Assembly (NCBI GenBank): GCA_023489375.1
Contig: JAMDCX010000075.1
Coordinates: forward strand, 1 to 35,326
Length of the DNA: 35,326 nucleotides
Direction: 5' to 3'
Source: Planctomycetota bacterium
GTDB lineage: Bacteria > Planctomycetota > Phycisphaerae > WQYP01
Shown piece by piece: positions 34,574 through 35,326 of the stretch; within the stretch, counting starts at the first letter, position 1; each line of letters opens with the position of its first letter. The notes under the pieces are model-generated. The model was not told the origin of the DNA. It searched no databases and worked only from the letters and a program-made list of their open reading frames with translations. Position numbers and translations under genes: made by a program.

Positions 34574-35326
34574 ATGGATATGGTAGCCTTGCATGACAAG
34601 TACGAGAAACTTCGGCCTCACCTCAATGAGCGAACACGGCGTCTGTTGGCGGCGGCCGATGCCGAGTTTTTGGGGCGTGGCGGTGTGGCCTTGGTGGCTC
34701 GTGCGGCGAATTTGTCTCGTCCGACGCTCTATAAAGCCATGGCGGAATTGAAAGATGGCAAGCCCAACCCGGAACGGGTACGCCGTGAAGGTGGCGGGCG
34801 AAAGACATTGGCGGAGAAGCATCCGGATTTGGATGCGGCCTTGGAGCGGTTGGTGAGTCCCACCAGCCGGGGCGATCCGATGAACCCATTGCGATGGACG
34901 ATCACGAGCACGCGCCAACTGGCGCGGGAGTTAGCGCGGCAGGGCTACCGTTTGAGCCATCCTGTGGTGGCCGGGCGGTTGGCGGCATTACATTACAGCC
35001 TGCCAGCCAATGCCAAGGCGTTGGAGGAGGGCAGCGATCATGTAGACCGCAATGCGCAATTCGAGCACATCAAGGCTTTGGCGGCGCCATGTCTGGCACA
35101 GGGGCAACCGGTGATCTCGGTGGATGCCAAGAAGAAGGAATTGGTGGGGCTGTATAAAAATGGTGGAAGGGAGTGGCATCGGCAGGGCCAGCCGGAAAAG
35201 GTTAACGTGCATGATTTTATTGACGAATCGCTGGGCAAGGCGGTTCCTTACGGGGTTTATGACTTGGGACTCAACCCAGGATGGGTTCATGTGGGCCGGG
35301 ATCATGATACGGCGGTTTTTGCCGTC
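34574..35326 (+). CDS. ISAzo13-family (Rhodopirellula-type DDE) transposase, 5' part; runs off the window end
   Basis: The frame is open from ATG 34574 to the last base (251 codons; absent from the ORF track because it has no stop). ISVDAKKKELVGLYKNGGREWHRQGQPEKVNVHDFIDESLGKAVPYGVYDLGLNPGWVHVGRDHDTAVFAV matches the DDE_Tnp_ISAZ013 core. Confidence 0.85.
   Translation, partial: MDMVALHDKYEKLRPHLNERTRRLLAAADAEFLGRGGVALVARAANLSRPTLYKAMAELKDGKPNPERVRREGGGRKTLAEKHPDLDAALERLVSPTSRGDPMNPLRWTITSTRQLARELARQGYRLSHPVVAGRLAALHYSLPANAKALEEGSDHVDRNAQFEHIKALAAPCLAQGQPVISVDAKKKELVGLYKNGGREWHRQGQPEKVNVHDFIDESLGKAVPYGVYDLGLNPGWVHVGRDHDTAVFAV

Noticed and set aside
34541-35305. Minus-strand ORFs 34541..34918, 34623..34889 and 34988..35305
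   Set aside because: They are antisense to the clearly homologous ISAzo13 transposase frame, which is missing from the ORF track only because it has no stop within the window.

Overview
This is a 35.3-kb chromosomal window, most likely from a PVC-superphylum bacterium (Planctomycetota/Verrucomicrobiota-like). The taxon inference rests on a DUF1559 prepilin-type protein, a PEP-CTERM protein, a tandem-DUF4159 protein and an ISAzo13 (Rhodopirellula-type) transposase. The backbone is housekeeping: a LacI regulator, two tRNA-Val genes, a minus-strand dapL / GT-C membrane protein / folK / panC run, lgt, dxr-rseP, rpsO-pnp, a sensor-less histidine kinase, OsmC, a clan GH-A hydrolase, pepA, infC, a glycogen debranching enzyme and a sulfite/nitrite reductase. 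The one clear accessory metabolic module is a minus-strand operon of methyltransferase, FAD oxidoreductase and type III polyketide synthase. It resembles the srsABC phenolic-lipid/alkylquinone cassette and sits downstream of a secreted double-DUF4159 protein. The most unusual thing in the raw sequence is that most of the longest intergenic gaps are built from inter-related non-autonomous inverted-repeat elements (families A, B and C). These include a three-deep nested insertion at 31.3-32.2 kb in which two layers carry perfect 8-bp target duplications. One B-type module lies in the same orientation upstream of rpsO, infC and the reductase gene. Remnants of IS3 and ISL3 elements and an ISAzo13 transposase gene cut by the window end are also present. 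I saw no CRISPR array, rRNA or recognisable defence genes. All homology calls come from motif recognition by eye and repeat identities are visual estimates; no searches were run.
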